A model generated the notes under the pieces. The model was not told the DNA's origin and searched no databases. It worked only from the letters and a program-made list of their open reading frames with translations. Of a stretch of 16,660 nt of DNA, positions 6,546 through 14,818 are shown piece by piece; positions within the stretch are counted from its first letter, which is position 1; each line of letters begins with the position of its first letter. A program made the translations under genes and the position numbers. The DNA lies in NCBI GenBank assembly GCA_016711485.1, contig JADJSX010000013.1, forward strand, positions 214,889-231,548. The letters are read 5' to 3'. The DNA is from Leptospiraceae bacterium. GTDB taxonomy: Bacteria; Spirochaetota; Leptospiria; Leptospirales; Leptospiraceae.

Positions 6546-8399
6546 ATGCTTCCGATGATCATTGTTTTAGTCTGTCTTATTACCTATTTTTTTGGATATC
6601 GTTTTTACTCTCGCTACTTAGCCGAAAAAGTTTTTGGGCTTAGGGATAAAGAATTTATTACCCCAGCACATAAACACAATGACGGTGTGGACTATGTTCC
6701 GACTAAACCAAACGTTCTATTTGGTCATCATTTCGCGTCTATCGCTGGGCTTGCTCCAATTTTGGGACCTGCAGTAGCTGTAATTTGGGGTTGGCTTCCT
6801 GCAATGGTTTGGGTTGTATTGGGTGGAGTATTCATGGGTTGTGTACATGACTTTGGCGCACTCATTGTTTCCGTTCGCCACGATGCAAAATCAATTGGTC
6901 AAGTGGCTGAAGATTTACTCGGACATAGAGCACGTTCTTTATTTCATATCATTATTTTCTTTTTAGTTTCTCTCGCTATGGGAGTGTTTGTATTAGTCAT
7001 TGCCGGACTTTATTCAGCTCCACCAAAACCTATTGAAATAAAATCTCCGACTGTATTAGAGCAACCCGTTACAGTAAAGGAAGTAAAAGAAGGACACGAC
7101 AGCGGAGATTTGCAAAAAAAGGAACCTACAAAAATCCAACTTAGAAGTAATTTTCCAGAATCAGTAACTCCAACTTTAGTATTGATGCTTTTAGCGGTTA
7201 TCGTTGGTTACCTCCACTATAAAAAATCTTATCCTCTTGGTCCACTCACTGTTCTCAGTTTTTTTATTACCCTTTTTGTAATCTACTTTAGTATGGATGA
7301 AAGTTTTCTCGGTTTTATCGGTTTAAATGATATAGATAGGGCACCTTCGACTGATGCTTGGAAATTAATTTTGCTGGCCTATGCATTTTTAGCTTCTGTA
7401 ACACCAGTCTGGTTATTATTACAAAGTAGAGATTATATAAATTCATTCTTGCTCTATTTGGGGATAATCCTAATTTATCTCGGTTACTTTATAGGAAGTA
7501 TCAATGGAAATTTTCCGAGTTTTAACGCGGCTCCCCTTCGAACTGAGGAAATCGGAATGGATATTCTACCATTTGTATTTATTACAATCGCTTGCGGTGC
7601 CATTTCTGGATTTCATGCACTCGTAAGCTCTGGAACTACAGCCAAACAAATCAATGTAGAAAAAGATGCACGGGTCATTGGGTATGGCGGAATGATTGGC
7701 GAGTCTCTTCTTGGGCTAACAGCCGTTATCGCCTGCACAATTGGATTTTCTTCCATGGAAGAATGGAATTCTTATTATAAATCTTGGTCTGGTTTACAAG
7801 GATTAAACGTTCAAGTTGGAGCATACATCTATGGAACAAGTCGTTTTTTAGGTCAACTTGGAATTCCAGAAAAATTTGGACAAGGATTTATCGCACTAAT
7901 TGTAATCAGTTTTGCACTCACATCTTTAGATTCAGCGACCCGACTCCTTAGATACAACATCGAAGAAATCGTTCATTCTATTGGTTCAAAACCCCTCAAT
8001 CTACTACTTGCAAATCGTTACTCATCTAGCATTCTAGCTTGTGCTTCCATTGCATTCTTTGCATTTCTCAAAATAAATGTAAATGGACAAATGAAACCAG
8101 CAGGGCTTGCACTCTGGAAAGTATTCGGAACTACAAACCAACTACTTGCCGGTTTATCATTGTTAGTCGTATTTATTTATTTATTAAAATCCAAAAAACC
8201 AACGATCAATATATTCATTCCAATGATATTTGTATTACTTGTTACCCTGTGGGCAATGGTTGGAAACTTTTTAGAATTTGTGTCTGGAGCTACACCAAAT
8301 TATCTGCTTGCTTGCGTGGGTGGAATATTAATAGTACTGACAGTTTGGCTTTTGGTAGAAGGAATATTAGTTTGGAAAAAAATAAAAAAAGTCAATTAA
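6546..8399 (+). CDS. cstA: Carbon starvation protein A (CstA family peptide/pyruvate transporter).
   Basis: 617-aa polytopic membrane protein. The N-terminal ...[16 protein letters not shown]... and overall hydrophobic architecture with a central loop match CstA. Internal overlapping ORFs (7592..7780, 8039..8407) are spurious. Confidence 0.9.
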   Translation: MLPMIIVLVCLITYFFGYRFYSRYLAEKVFGLRDKEFITPAHKHNDGVDYVPTKPNVLFGHHFASIAGLAPILGPAVAVIWGWLPAMVWVVLGGVFMGCVHDFGALIVSVRHDAKSIGQVAEDLLGHRARSLFHIIIFFLVSLAMGVFVLVIAGLYSAPPKPIEIKSPTVLEQPVTVKEVKEGHDSGDLQKKEPTKIQLRSNFPESVTPTLVLMLLAVIVGYLHYKKSYPLGPLTVLSFFITLFVIYFSMDESFLGFIGLNDIDRAPSTDAWKLILLAYAFLASVTPVWLLLQSRDYINSFLLYLGIILIYLGYFIGSINGNFPSFNAAPLRTEEIGMDILPFVFITIACGAISGFHALVSSGTTAKQINVEKDARVIGYGGMIGESLLGLTAVIACTIGFSSMEEWNSYYKSWSGLQGLNVQVGAYIYGTSRFLGQLGIPEKFGQGFIALIVISFALTSLDSATRLLRYNIEEIVHSIGSKPLNLLLANRYSSSILACASIAFFAFLKINVNGQMKPAGLALWKVFGTTNQLLAGLSLLVVFIYLLKSKKPTINIFIPMIFVLLVTLWAMVGNFLEFVSGATPNYLLACVGGILIVLTVWLLVEGILVWKKIKKVN

Positions 8400-8727
8400 A
8401 ATCCTGAATCGCACTCCCTTCCGAATCATAGAGTTTAAAACTTAAGTCTAGCTTAGTTAGGGCAAACAAACGTTTTACTTCATCACTTAAATCAGCAAAT
8501 TTAATAGAGATACCTTTCTGTTGGCATTCAAAAAATAGATTCGTCAGAAATCCTAAACCAGAAGAATCAATAAAATGAACTTTTTTAAGATTAAATAAAA
8601 TTTTAGAATTTTCACTACGAGTAAGTATTTTACAGAATTTTTTTAATTCAGGTACAGAATACAAATCCATGGAATTCTCTATACTTACTATATTTACACC
8701 ACCAATAATTCTATGTGAAAAAGCCAT
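8392..8727 (-). CDS. STAS-domain anti-sigma factor antagonist (SpoIIAA/RsbV-like), paralog 1.
   Basis: 111 aa carrying the ...[16 protein letters not shown]... hallmark (phosphorylatable Ser in DSSGLG). An SD AAGAGGA lies 8 nt upstream of the start on the - strand. The 3' end overlaps the cstA 3' end by 8 bp, and the two genes are convergent. Confidence 0.85.
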   Translation of the reverse strand: MAFSHRIIGGVNIVSIENSMDLYSVPELKKFCKILTRSENSKILFNLKKVHFIDSSGLGFLTNLFFECQQKGISIKFADLSDEVKRLFALTKLDLSFKLYDSEGSAIQDFN

Positions 8728-8867
8728 TTTCTGTATCCTCTTACATTAACCTTCAAATAATACTTAATATTACTGATTCTATTTACCCGTTGCATAGGAT
8801 CTTATACCATTTCGACTTATTTGAGATGGTTAGATACTATTCTTTTTGAAATGATATAAACATTTTG

Positions 8868-9206
8868 TTAAGTTCGAAATGAATAAATTGCATCTTGAAT
8901 TGATTCATAAAATGCATAATTCTGAGATAATTTTGTAACAGCAAAAACTCTCTTTGCCTCTTTACTTAAACTCGCTAGTTTAATTTCAATTCCTTTCTGT
9001 TTACATTCAAAAAATAGATTCACGACCATACCAAGTCCCGATGAGTCTACAAATGTAACATTTTCCATGGAGATAATGATCTTACTATTAACCGACTTTA
9101 GCAATGATTTTGCAAATTTTTTTATTAACGGTGTAGAATATAAATCAATAGAACCTTCCAGACTAAGTATATCGACTCCGTTTTCTTCTCTATGAACATA
9201 ACTCAT
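8868..9206 (-). CDS. STAS-domain anti-sigma factor antagonist (SpoIIAA/RsbV-like), paralog 2.
   Basis: 112 aa carrying ...VTFVDSSGLGMVVNLF.... It is about 45% identical to paralog 1. An SD GGGAGA lies upstream of the start. Confidence 0.85.
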   Translation of the reverse strand: MSYVHREENGVDILSLEGSIDLYSTPLIKKFAKSLLKSVNSKIIISMENVTFVDSSGLGMVVNLFFECKQKGIEIKLASLSKEAKRVFAVTKLSQNYAFYESIQDAIYSFRT

Positions 9207-9464
9207 TTAATTATTTATCTCCCATATCAATTAGGTCAATATTTTTCTTACTAAGATTATTTGTATAGCTTCATTTTCTACTTAATTTTTGTAACTTCTT
9301 TTGTTGACCACAGAGGCTCAGAGGCACGGTTTTTTTTGGAATTATGTCATTTTTAAGCGCATGAATCACTCGAATGAGAAGTGATGAAAAATTTTGATCC
9401 TGCTGCTCAGATTTCTAATTCTAAACAATGCTTTCTGCCAAACACTACTCCCTATAAACCCGTA

Positions 9465-9574
9465 TATACCCAACGTCAAAAGAATTTTCCTTTTATTAAA
9501 AGATGGATATTCCCAATTGCCGAATAAAAGGTTCATTTAAAATGAATAGGTAATTACTTTTGGCAATTGGTATA
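9465..9574. mobile_element. Second, diverged copy (copy B) of the MITE-like element, in the divergent intergenic region between the STAS genes and the kinase gene.
   Basis: The ~110-bp sequence aligns along its full length with 1717-1828 at roughly 75% identity. It has the same three-repeat architecture: left terminal repeat TATACCCAACGTCAAAAGAATTTTCC, an internal copy ATTCCCAATTGCCGAATAAAAGG, and a right terminal repeat GGTAATTACTTTTGGCAATTGGTATA. It is flanked by TA. Confidence 0.6.
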
Positions 9575-9810
9575 AACAATTATTTTTTGTGTTAGAAATT
9601 TTATTGGAAATTGCTAAACTCAATGTATTTTACCATTCGTCTAAGAAATACAAAAAAAATGCTTAAAAACATAAATTTACTCGTTCATTGGATTTTTACT
9701 TGCATTTCTTTATTGTATTCCCCAATGTACTGAAGTCAGGAGATTTGTGATTAGAAAAGGATTATTTTTTAGTTTCAGAAGTAGAAAACTCCCAGCTTTT
9801 CAATTTAAAG

Positions 9811-11115
9811 ATGCAGAATTATCCAACTAGCGAATCAAAAATTTTACTAGATAAACCACAAATTTTAATTGTGGATGACGATCGTAAAACTTTTGAATTA
9901 TTCAAAATCGCACTGGAAAATAAATACGAACTTACCTTTTGTTCAAACGAATTAGAAATATTTGAACAAATTAATTTTCCTTTTTCCGCAGCCATTATAA
10001 ACATAAAGTTGGAAACCAAAAATGAATTCAAAACCATTCAAGAAATTAAAAATAAAAACATAAATATTCCTATTATTTTTCATTCAGACTATAAAGACTC
10101 AATCAATACAATCATAATTAAAAATGAATATAAACCGTTCGCATACGTTATAAAAGAAGAAAACTTTAACAAACTCCTCGACACCTTAGAAAGTGCAGTG
10201 CAATACTTTCAACAAATCAATCAAAATTTAGTTTTGGCTCAGACGTTAGACAAGTTAGAACATAACTATAGAGACTTAGTAGAGAACTCTCCCGATATTA
10301 TTTTTTCACTAGATGAGAATTGGAGACTAATTTCAATTAATGAATCAGTAACACAAATTTTACGTTATCCGGTAAAGGAAATATTAAATAAAACAATATT
10401 GAACCTAGAATTTAAATTAAATAACCCAACAAGTGGAATTTTAGAAAAAAAATTACAAGAACTTACATTATCCCAAAATACTATCTCATTCAATTGTGAT
10501 TTGGTTACCAAATTTGGAGAACCAAAAGAGATGCATTTAAAGTTACGATATGTAAATCAGAAAAATGGACACACTTTTTTTGGTACTGCCACAACAAATG
10601 AAGAAGATATACTATTGCGTATCTGTGAATCCGAATCACAGATTTATAAATTAGGAAATTATTTAACTCATGTAGATATTATTACACAGAGATTAGCAAA
10701 TTATTCTTCAAAGTATTGTACGCCAGAAATTCTTATGAACCTAAAACTATGTATTAGAGAGTTAATCATTAATGCAATGGAACACGGAAATTTAGGAATT
10801 AGTTTTGAAGAAAAATCCGAATCTCTCATGAATGGAACATACATTGAACTACTCATCAAAAGACAAAGAAACAAAACACATGCCGACAAACAAATTACGG
10901 TCGAATACTCATTAACCCCAAAAAGGATAGAAGTAAAAATCACTGATGAAGGAGAGGGATTTGATCATCAAAAAATGTTATCTAGATCAATTAACCAATT
11001 AGATGATAATATCCTCGGTCACGGTCGCGGAATTGCCTTAGTAAAAAATTATATAGACTCAATAGTTTACAATGAAAAAGGAAATTCTGTACATATAATA
11101 AAGAATTTTATTTAA
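9811..11115 (+). CDS. Three-domain regulator: N-terminal receiver-like domain lacking the phospho-acceptor Asp (pseudo-receiver), a PAS domain, and a C-terminal HATPase_c anti-sigma-factor-type serine kinase (RsbW/SpoIIAB/RsbT-like).
   Basis: The receiver-like region has ILIVDDD...AAIINIKLE (Asn where the conserved Asp is expected), ...IIFHSDY...YKPF. The PAS-like region is SPDIIFSLDENWRLISINESVTQILRYP. HATPase_c motifs: ELIINAMEHGN (N-box), ITDEGEGFD (G1), GHGRGIALV (G2). Confidence 0.75.
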   Translation: MQNYPTSESKILLDKPQILIVDDDRKTFELFKIALENKYELTFCSNELEIFEQINFPFSAAIINIKLETKNEFKTIQEIKNKNINIPIIFHSDYKDSINTIIIKNEYKPFAYVIKEENFNKLLDTLESAVQYFQQINQNLVLAQTLDKLEHNYRDLVENSPDIIFSLDENWRLISINESVTQILRYPVKEILNKTILNLEFKLNNPTSGILEKKLQELTLSQNTISFNCDLVTKFGEPKEMHLKLRYVNQKNGHTFFGTATTNEEDILLRICESESQIYKLGNYLTHVDIITQRLANYSSKYCTPEILMNLKLCIRELIINAMEHGNLGISFEEKSESLMNGTYIELLIKRQRNKTHADKQITVEYSLTPKRIEVKITDEGEGFDHQKMLSRSINQLDDNILGHGRGIALVKNYIDSIVYNEKGNSVHIIKNFI

Positions 11116-11119
11116 TTCA

Positions 11120-11150
11120 CTCACCTTACGCACAAGCGCGTTGAGGTGAG
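11120..11150 (+). terminator. GC-rich compound hairpin immediately after the kinase gene stop. It may be a terminator or a structured RNA. There is no U-run.
   Basis: CTCACCTT-ACGC-acaagc-GCGT-t-GAGGTGAG gives a ~12-bp stem. It sits inside an unusually GC-rich ~100-bp patch (11118-11215) of an AT-rich genome. Confidence 0.35.
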
Positions 11151-11422
11151 AGATTGGGCAATCGGCGACACTTCAACGATCGCTCAGTGTATCGCTTGGG
11201 CTGCCGCCCAAACCTGCTTATTCATTAGCTTTATCTAATATTCTTAACTTTGCTTTAAATTTCATAATTTTTCTTTTTTGCGTAACGTCAGTTAATTCAG
11301 TTCAAATCATTATTTCTTCAAAAAAATTTAGCTTTTTACTTTTAAGTATTGAATCAATGAATACAAATCCGCTTGACTAGATGTATCACTCAATCAAAAT
11401 TAGAGTGGGCTGAATAAATTAT

Positions 11423-13948
11423 ATGAAATACTTACTTTATTTCCTGACATTCCTTCTATTATTTCAATGCAAAATAGTCGGTAAAAACAATACAATTCCT
11501 TTAAATGGAGAATGGAAATATAGAAATGGATTCGATATTGATTGGCTTTCAAATCCCGGCAGTGACAAAAAATGGAAAAGTATTTCCCTTCCGACAAATC
11601 TATCGAAAGAACTAAATCTGGAAGGATATACTGGGTATATTACACTCAGAAGAGAACTTCCTAAATCATTAAACACATATTTACTAAATGGAAAACCACT
11701 TGCTATCAATGCAGGAAGAGTTCTAGATGTTTCTTACTTTTATTTTAATAAAACTCTAATTGGTCAATTAGGATCTTCTTCACCGTATCAAGCGGGAGCG
11801 ATGAGACCTTTTTTAAAAGATATTCCATTTAATGACATACAGACAAATGATAAAAATTCTATTACCATTGTTCTTTACACAAATACTAAATATCCGCTTC
11901 AATTCATGGACACGATTGAAATTGGAGAATCAGATACAATTTATTCCTCCTATACCAAAAAGGAAATTTATTCATTTTTCTTTTTAACCATTTACCTCAT
12001 AGTAGGATTGTATCATATTTTACTTGCCAGCAAACGAAAGAAAGATTTGTACAATCTCTATTTTGGATTATTTAGTGTATTTGCATCAATCTACTGGTTT
12101 ATAGCAAATACGTTGTCTAGAGACGCAGTTTTTCAAGATTATGTTGACCTTCAGAGAAAACTAGAACACGTTTTTCTATTTACCCTTAGCCCTACTCTAC
12201 TTTTATTTTTAGTACAGTTCTTTGAAAAAAAATACAACCGTATATCGAAAGGATTAGCAGGATTTTGCGCTACGATTATTGTTTTGACAATTCTACTCCC
12301 ACTTCCGGTCATGAGAGTTAGTACAATGTTATGGCAATTGTCAACTTTATTCATTGGACCGTATATGGTCTATTATTTGCTAAAACAAATCAAACAAGGA
12401 AATAAAGAAGGAATCTACTTAATTGTTGGACTTTCTATATTTGTATTAGGTGGGCTATTGGATATGGCGACATCACGGGATTATATCCATTTACCTCAAC
12501 TTTCTAATTTTACATTTTTGATATTTGTAATGGGAATTGCAACAATCATGGCAAATCGATTTATGGCAATCACAAATGAAGTTGAAACTCTTAACTTAGA
12601 ATTAGAAAAAAAAGTAGAGGATAGAACAAAAAAACTTTCCGAAAGTTTAGACCAAGTGCAAATTCTAAAAGAAAAACAAGACGGTGATTATTATTTAACA
12701 TCCCTTTTAGTAAAACCACTTTCTGGTAATTTCATTCAAGGCAAAGAAACAGATATTAAAGCAGAAACCCTTATTCGTCAAAAAAAACAATTTCAATTTA
12801 AAAAGAAAAATAGTGAAATCGGCGGAGATATTTGTATCATCGATGAAATCGAATTGGCAAATGTCACTTACACCGTATTTCTGAATGCAGATGCAATGGG
12901 AAAATCAATTCAAGGCGCAGGCGGATGCCTTGTATTGGGAACTGTATTCAAATCTATTTTACAAAGAAATCACTCTTTATCGCATACTCGTAGAAATCCC
13001 CCGGAGTTATGGATGAAAGAATCATTCCGAGAATTACAGAATGTATTTGTATCATTTAACGGTTCCATGCTTATTTCAGCAATGTTCGGTATTATAGATA
13101 ATCGAAATGGAATCATTTATTATATTAACGCCGAACATCCATTTACCGCACTGTATAGACATGGAAAAGCAAGTTTTATGGACGCTGAAACATTTAGAAG
13201 AAAAATTGGAATTGATGTAAAATACAATCCATTAAGAATCCACATTTTCCAACTAAAACCGGGAGATAGTGTGATAGCGGGCTCGGACGGAAGAGACGAC
13301 CTTTTAATTGGAGAAAGTAAAGAAGGTGAAAGAATAATTAACGAAGATGAGAACTTATTTTTAAAAATTCTCGAAGAGGCAAAGGGAGATTTGTCGACGA
13401 TTGAATCACTCCTTCAGTCAAAAGGAGAATTAACAGACGATTTATCTCTATTAAAAATTACCTATGATAAAAAACCAAAACCTACAACAAAAGTTGACCA
13501 AAAAGAAATCCAAAGAATAATGAAAGAGGCTTATTCTTATTATCTGAAAGGCGATAAAACTATCGCAATAACTAAGTATGAAAAAATATTTCAATTAGCA
13601 AATGACGTAGGACTAATAGAAGAAATTGCAAATCTATTTATTGAAAAAAAAGACTATTCATTTTCCAGTCAAATTTTAGACAAATATCTAATAGAAAATC
13701 CAGTAAATTCGAATATGCTTTACATCGCATCCTTCATTAAGAAAAAAAATAGAGAATACAAAGAAGCTGCAATTTTAGGAGAGAGATACAGACTGAGAGA
13801 ACCGCGCAATATAAAAAATCTAGTGAACTTGGCAGATACATACAGATACTTAAATAAAATTGAAAAAACACGAAAGTTTATTAACCGTGCCCTACAATTA
13901 GATCCTCAAAATAGACACGCTTTAAAACTTAAAGAAATTTTAGTATGA
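11423..13948 (+). CDS. Sensor PP2C-type serine phosphatase (RsbU/SpoIIE-like): N-terminal 7TMR-DISM extracellular domain, 7-TM region, PP2C-SIG phosphatase domain, and C-terminal TPR repeats.
   Basis: Signal-like N-terminus. GEWKYRNGFDIDWLSNPGSDKKWKSISLP matches 7TMR-DISMED2. Multiple TM helices lie between 11990 and 12560, followed by a coiled coil. PP2C motifs: DGDYYL, GGDICIID, NADAMGKSIQGAGG, SDGRDD. The C-terminal TPR-like region is YYLKGDKTIAITKYEKIFQLAND...ALQLDPQN. Confidence 0.85.
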   Translation: MKYLLYFLTFLLLFQCKIVGKNNTIPLNGEWKYRNGFDIDWLSNPGSDKKWKSISLPTNLSKELNLEGYTGYITLRRELPKSLNTYLLNGKPLAINAGRVLDVSYFYFNKTLIGQLGSSSPYQAGAMRPFLKDIPFNDIQTNDKNSITIVLYTNTKYPLQFMDTIEIGESDTIYSSYTKKEIYSFFFLTIYLIVGLYHILLASKRKKDLYNLYFGLFSVFASIYWFIANTLSRDAVFQDYVDLQRKLEHVFLFTLSPTLLLFLVQFFEKKYNRISKGLAGFCATIIVLTILLPLPVMRVSTMLWQLSTLFIGPYMVYYLLKQIKQGNKEGIYLIVGLSIFVLGGLLDMATSRDYIHLPQLSNFTFLIFVMGIATIMANRFMAITNEVETLNLELEKKVEDRTKKLSESLDQVQILKEKQDGDYYLTSLLVKPLSGNFIQGKETDIKAETLIRQKKQFQFKKKNSEIGGDICIIDEIELANVTYTVFLNADAMGKSIQGAGGCLVLGTVFKSILQRNHSLSHTRRNPPELWMKESFRELQNVFVSFNGSMLISAMFGIIDNRNGIIYYINAEHPFTALYRHGKASFMDAETFRRKIGIDVKYNPLRIHIFQLKPGDSVIAGSDGRDDLLIGESKEGERIINEDENLFLKILEEAKGDLSTIESLLQSKGELTDDLSLLKITYDKKPKPTTKVDQKEIQRIMKEAYSYYLKGDKTIAITKYEKIFQLANDVGLIEEIANLFIEKKDYSFSSQILDKYLIENPVNSNMLYIASFIKKKNREYKEAAILGERYRLREPRNIKNLVNLADTYRYLNKIEKTRKFINRALQLDPQNRHALKLKEILV

Positions 13949-14005
13949 AATATTTTTTCTTGACAAAGTAAAAATTTGTAAGGACTTTAAGAAAGTTAAA
14001 TCAAT

Positions 14006-14818
14006 ATGAATATTATACAAGCAAATCAAAACTACTTTAAAACAATGCTGAATGAATATGCGGCAAATACACCATGTTCACAAGCAGTATTCGCGGTAAA
14101 TGATAATATACTTCTTCACTACGGCACCGAAATTCATCCAAAATCAACTATGTTGCAAATGGTCGATGACTTAAAAAAATTTGATTTACTTGCCAACTTA
14201 CTCGCCGGTCAAATTAGATTTAGCAAAATCACTACTATCGAAAAAAATCAGCAAAAGTACGACATATACACCTACTCTATCGAAAAAAACAAAAGTATCT
14301 TTCGAAGTATATTTCTAATTCCATCGGGACAGATTCCACATGAATCCGAATTCAAATTATTAAATGATCTTGTCTTAAATTATTATCTGAACCTTCCCCA
14401 AAATAAGGACTTTCAATTCATTGAAACATATTCAGAATTTTTAGAACTAGCCACAAAGGAAATTGGAAATCATTTTAACTCAATTGAGGAGGAAGGTGTA
14501 GTCTCGCATTTTTATATTCAAAACCTGCAAGTTTACTATAAGAATATGAGCCAACAATATTCAGAAGAGATACATAAACAAATCCGTTTAGGAATTCTGC
14601 GTCACTTAAAAAAAGGTGATTTATTATTCCGTGTTAGCCAAAGATCTTATATTACCTATTCCCATAATTGTAATATTGATTCTGTCAAAAAACGTTTCAG
14701 TGATATTTTTTTTCAACTGAATACCCTCATTATTCGTTATCAATTATTTTTTCATCAAAATAACTCAACTAATTTCAGAAAAAGAGAATTCTGGGACAAA
14801 ATTCTTTCCGTAGACTAG
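14006..14818 (+). CDS. Hypothetical protein of 270 aa. The N-terminal third is weakly reminiscent of a Roadblock/LC7 (MglB-like) fold, but this is speculative.
   Basis: Intact ORF with no recognisable catalytic motifs. It lies downstream of the sensor phosphatase, and TTGACA (13960-13965) could serve as a -35 element. It overlaps the convergent downstream gene by 4 bp. Confidence 0.5.
   Translation: MNIIQANQNYFKTMLNEYAANTPCSQAVFAVNDNILLHYGTEIHPKSTMLQMVDDLKKFDLLANLLAGQIRFSKITTIEKNQQKYDIYTYSIEKNKSIFRSIFLIPSGQIPHESEFKLLNDLVLNYYLNLPQNKDFQFIETYSEFLELATKEIGNHFNSIEEEGVVSHFYIQNLQVYYKNMSQQYSEEIHKQIRLGILRHLKKGDLLFRVSQRSYITYSHNCNIDSVKKRFSDIFFQLNTLIIRYQLFFHQNNSTNFRKREFWDKILSVD

Noticed and set aside
9290-9330. 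GAGGCTCAGAGGCACGG followed by a T8 run, considered as a possible intrinsic terminator.
   Set aside because: The GC-rich segment is a direct GAGGC repeat rather than an inverted one, so no stable stem precedes the T-run. It also lies upstream, not downstream, of the nearest minus-strand gene.
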